Positions 62,305-64,000 of a stretch of DNA of 64,000 nt are shown here, one piece after another. Where the stretch lies: contig OZ218961.1 of NCBI GenBank assembly GCA_965112735.1, positions 2,976,001 to 3,040,000 of the forward strand, in the 5' to 3' direction. Under the pieces are notes generated by a model, which had not been told where the DNA came from, made no database searches, and saw only the letters and a program-made list of their open reading frames with translations. Each line of letters begins with the position of its first letter. The first letter of the stretch is position 1. The position numbers and the translations under genes are program-made. The stretch comes from Phaeosaccion multiseriatum. Taxonomy: Eukaryota; Protista; Ochrophyta, other classes.

Positions 62305-63480
62305 ATGGAAGGGGACGACAGGGGGGCCACGCGGCCCCCCGGAGCCCAGGAGACACCAGCAAACCTCACAGCAACCCAGCAGGAGCCACCTATGAGCCGC
62401 GATCAGCAGCGGCTCGAAAGAAGGGAGAGACGGGCAGCGGCAGCAGCAATTCGCCAAACACCAGCACGGGAAGGCGTGCCCACCCCCATCACGGCTCCAC
62501 CAGCGGCCGCAGCACCCCGCAACACCCTCCCGCAGGACCCACAGCTCCCACCAGCACTCACGGAACCCACAGCAACAGCAGCGGAAGCCCACCCCCAGCA
62601 GCAGCAACCACAACCGATCTCAACGACACGGCAACAAACAGCACCAGCCGCCAGGAGATCTACCACGCCCGCCAGCGAGACAACAGGCCCTACAACAGCA
62701 CCACCCCCCACAGCGACCAGCCCAGCACCCATGCAGCCAACCACGAGGCCAAGGGGACGAAGCAGGACCCCCCGAGCACGCAGCCCGGAAAGGCCAACCG
62801 CCACTTTCCGAGCCTCAGATCCAGCCCAAACCACCAACGCGTCAACTCACAGAAACGCACACGGGATCACAGAGCAAATCGTCTCCATCCTCCAAGACGA
62901 ATACGAAGACACCCACCTCACAGCCACGACCCCCATACGGCAACACCCGAACCTCTTCTTCAACGAACAAGCGCCAGCATCCGCCAGCCGACGCATCAGC
63001 GCTGAGTTCGCAAGCCTAAACCTCACCGCGACGGAACTGACCCACCACAACACGGCCGAGGCCATCGCCGACCTCGTACGACCACCCCCCACGACGCACG
63101 AGGAAGAGACAGCATCACTCGAAACAGACACGCATGGACACGCACCAACGACATGGAGCAACACCATACGCCACCAGCGCGACGCGGCGCTCCCGCCTAC
63201 CAACTCGCACTTCTATATGCCCCTCCTCAGACAAGCTCTAAGGAGCGGAGGCCCCCCCACCACCCCCGGAAGACCACATGGGGGAGGAGATTACCCCCTT
63301 GGATGGCAACAGATCGTAGAGGCCTATGCCCACACGCTCGCAGGCCAAGAGATCACCTCCAACGAGTTGGTCAACGACTACATCACCGCCTCACGACAGG
63401 AGGAACTCATCGCGGTATTACCCGACGTCCAAGCCATTGTTAGAAGTCGTGCTTTTGCTAGACTGGTACCTACCCTCTGA
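62305..63480 (+). CDS. 391-aa T/P/A/Q-rich ORF of unknown function, possibly mobile-element-derived; its C-terminus reads into the palindromic element
   Basis: Long intronless ORF with a strong A/C-rich strand and codon bias unlike neighbouring genes. The last ~14 codons and the stop lie inside the hairpin. Confidence 0.45.
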   Translation: MEGDDRGATRPPGAQETPANLTATQQEPPMSRDQQRLERRERRAAAAAIRQTPAREGVPTPITAPPAAAAPRNTLPQDPQLPPALTEPTATAAEAHPQQQQPQPISTTRQQTAPAARRSTTPASETTGPTTAPPPTATSPAPMQPTTRPRGRSRTPRARSPERPTATFRASDPAQTTNASTHRNAHGITEQIVSILQDEYEDTHLTATTPIRQHPNLFFNEQAPASASRRISAEFASLNLTATELTHHNTAEAIADLVRPPPTTHEEETASLETDTHGHAPTTWSNTIRHQRDAALPPTNSHFYMPLLRQALRSGGPPTTPGRPHGGGDYPLGWQQIVEAYAHTLAGQEITSNELVNDYITASRQEELIAVLPDVQAIVRSRAFARLVPTL

Positions 63481-63991
63481 ATTCAGACCGGGAGGTACCA
63501 GTCTAGCAAAAGCACGACTTCTAACAAGCCCTAATGCTAGAAGTCGAACCCCCCCCCCCCCACCGCACATAGTGGAGAGAAGTAACTCGCAGTCTGGGAA
63601 TCAGACTAATGGGTGCCAGCCGGTACCAGTTTTCGCCGAAAAACACACTTTTTTCACAAGCTACAGCCAGGATTCGAACTCGCAATGGCCTTGTGTTAGA
63701 AGTCGTGCTTTTGCTAGACTGGTACCTCCCGGTCTGAATTCAGAGGGTAGGTACCAGTCTAGCAAAAGCACGACTTCTAACAAGGCCATTGCGAGTTCGA
63801 ATCCTGGCTGTAGCTTGTGAAAAAAGTGTGTTTTTCGGCGAAAACTGGTACCGGCTGGCACCCATTAGTCTGATTCCCAGACTGCGAGTTACTTCTCTCC
63901 ACTATGTGCGGTGGGGGGGGGGGGGTTCGACTTCTAGCATTAGGGCTTGTTAGAAGTCGTGCTTTTGCTAGACTGGTACCTACCCTCTGAA
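63437..63991. mobile_element. Nested palindromic (foldback/MITE-like) element: hairpin - 163 bp - flipped hairpin - inverted 163 bp - half hairpin
   Basis: The 35-bp arm ttgttagaagtcgtgcttttgctagactggtacct occurs at 63437, 63691 (with a 2-nt insertion) and 63947, and as reverse complement at 63493 and 63749. 63528-63690 is the reverse complement of 63784-63946. The structure is read directly; mobility is inferred. Confidence 0.75.
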
Positions 63992-64000
63992 ATTTGTTAC

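Noticed and set aside
63760-63815. Intact tRNA-Arg(TCT) gene
   Set aside because: The anticodon and acceptor stems do not pair. Only a B-box-like motif is supportable.

Overview
Gene-dense, GC-rich eukaryotic nuclear DNA with GT-AG introns full of microsatellites. It is most plausibly a photosynthetic stramenopile (ochrophyte); this is inferred from signal-peptide + Phe bipartite-type N-termini. About 20 genes can be reconstructed, many across introns that the ORF track splits. They include two modular secreted/membrane surface-protein paralogs (one with tandem FAS1 units), UBE2T, a DUF1990 protein, an ankyrin/BTB-like protein, a PHO84/PHT1-type phosphate transporter, a prominin/tweety-like 5-TM protein and an ankyrin-DHHC palmitoyltransferase. 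Further along are a threonine aldolase with an extra C-terminal domain, a twin-CX9C microprotein, VPS20, LCB2, a coiled-coil protein, an FMO, a Cu P1B-ATPase and a WD40-like protein. The window ends in a compositionally foreign ORF that runs into a ~550-bp nested palindrome with flip/flop hairpins. The best leads are that palindromic element, the threonine aldolase + nuclease-like/UVR-like fusion, the exon-shuffled and apparently gene-converted surface-protein pair, and a 58-bp hairpin enclosing tandem repeats. All family assignments come from recognising motifs by eye, not from database searches.
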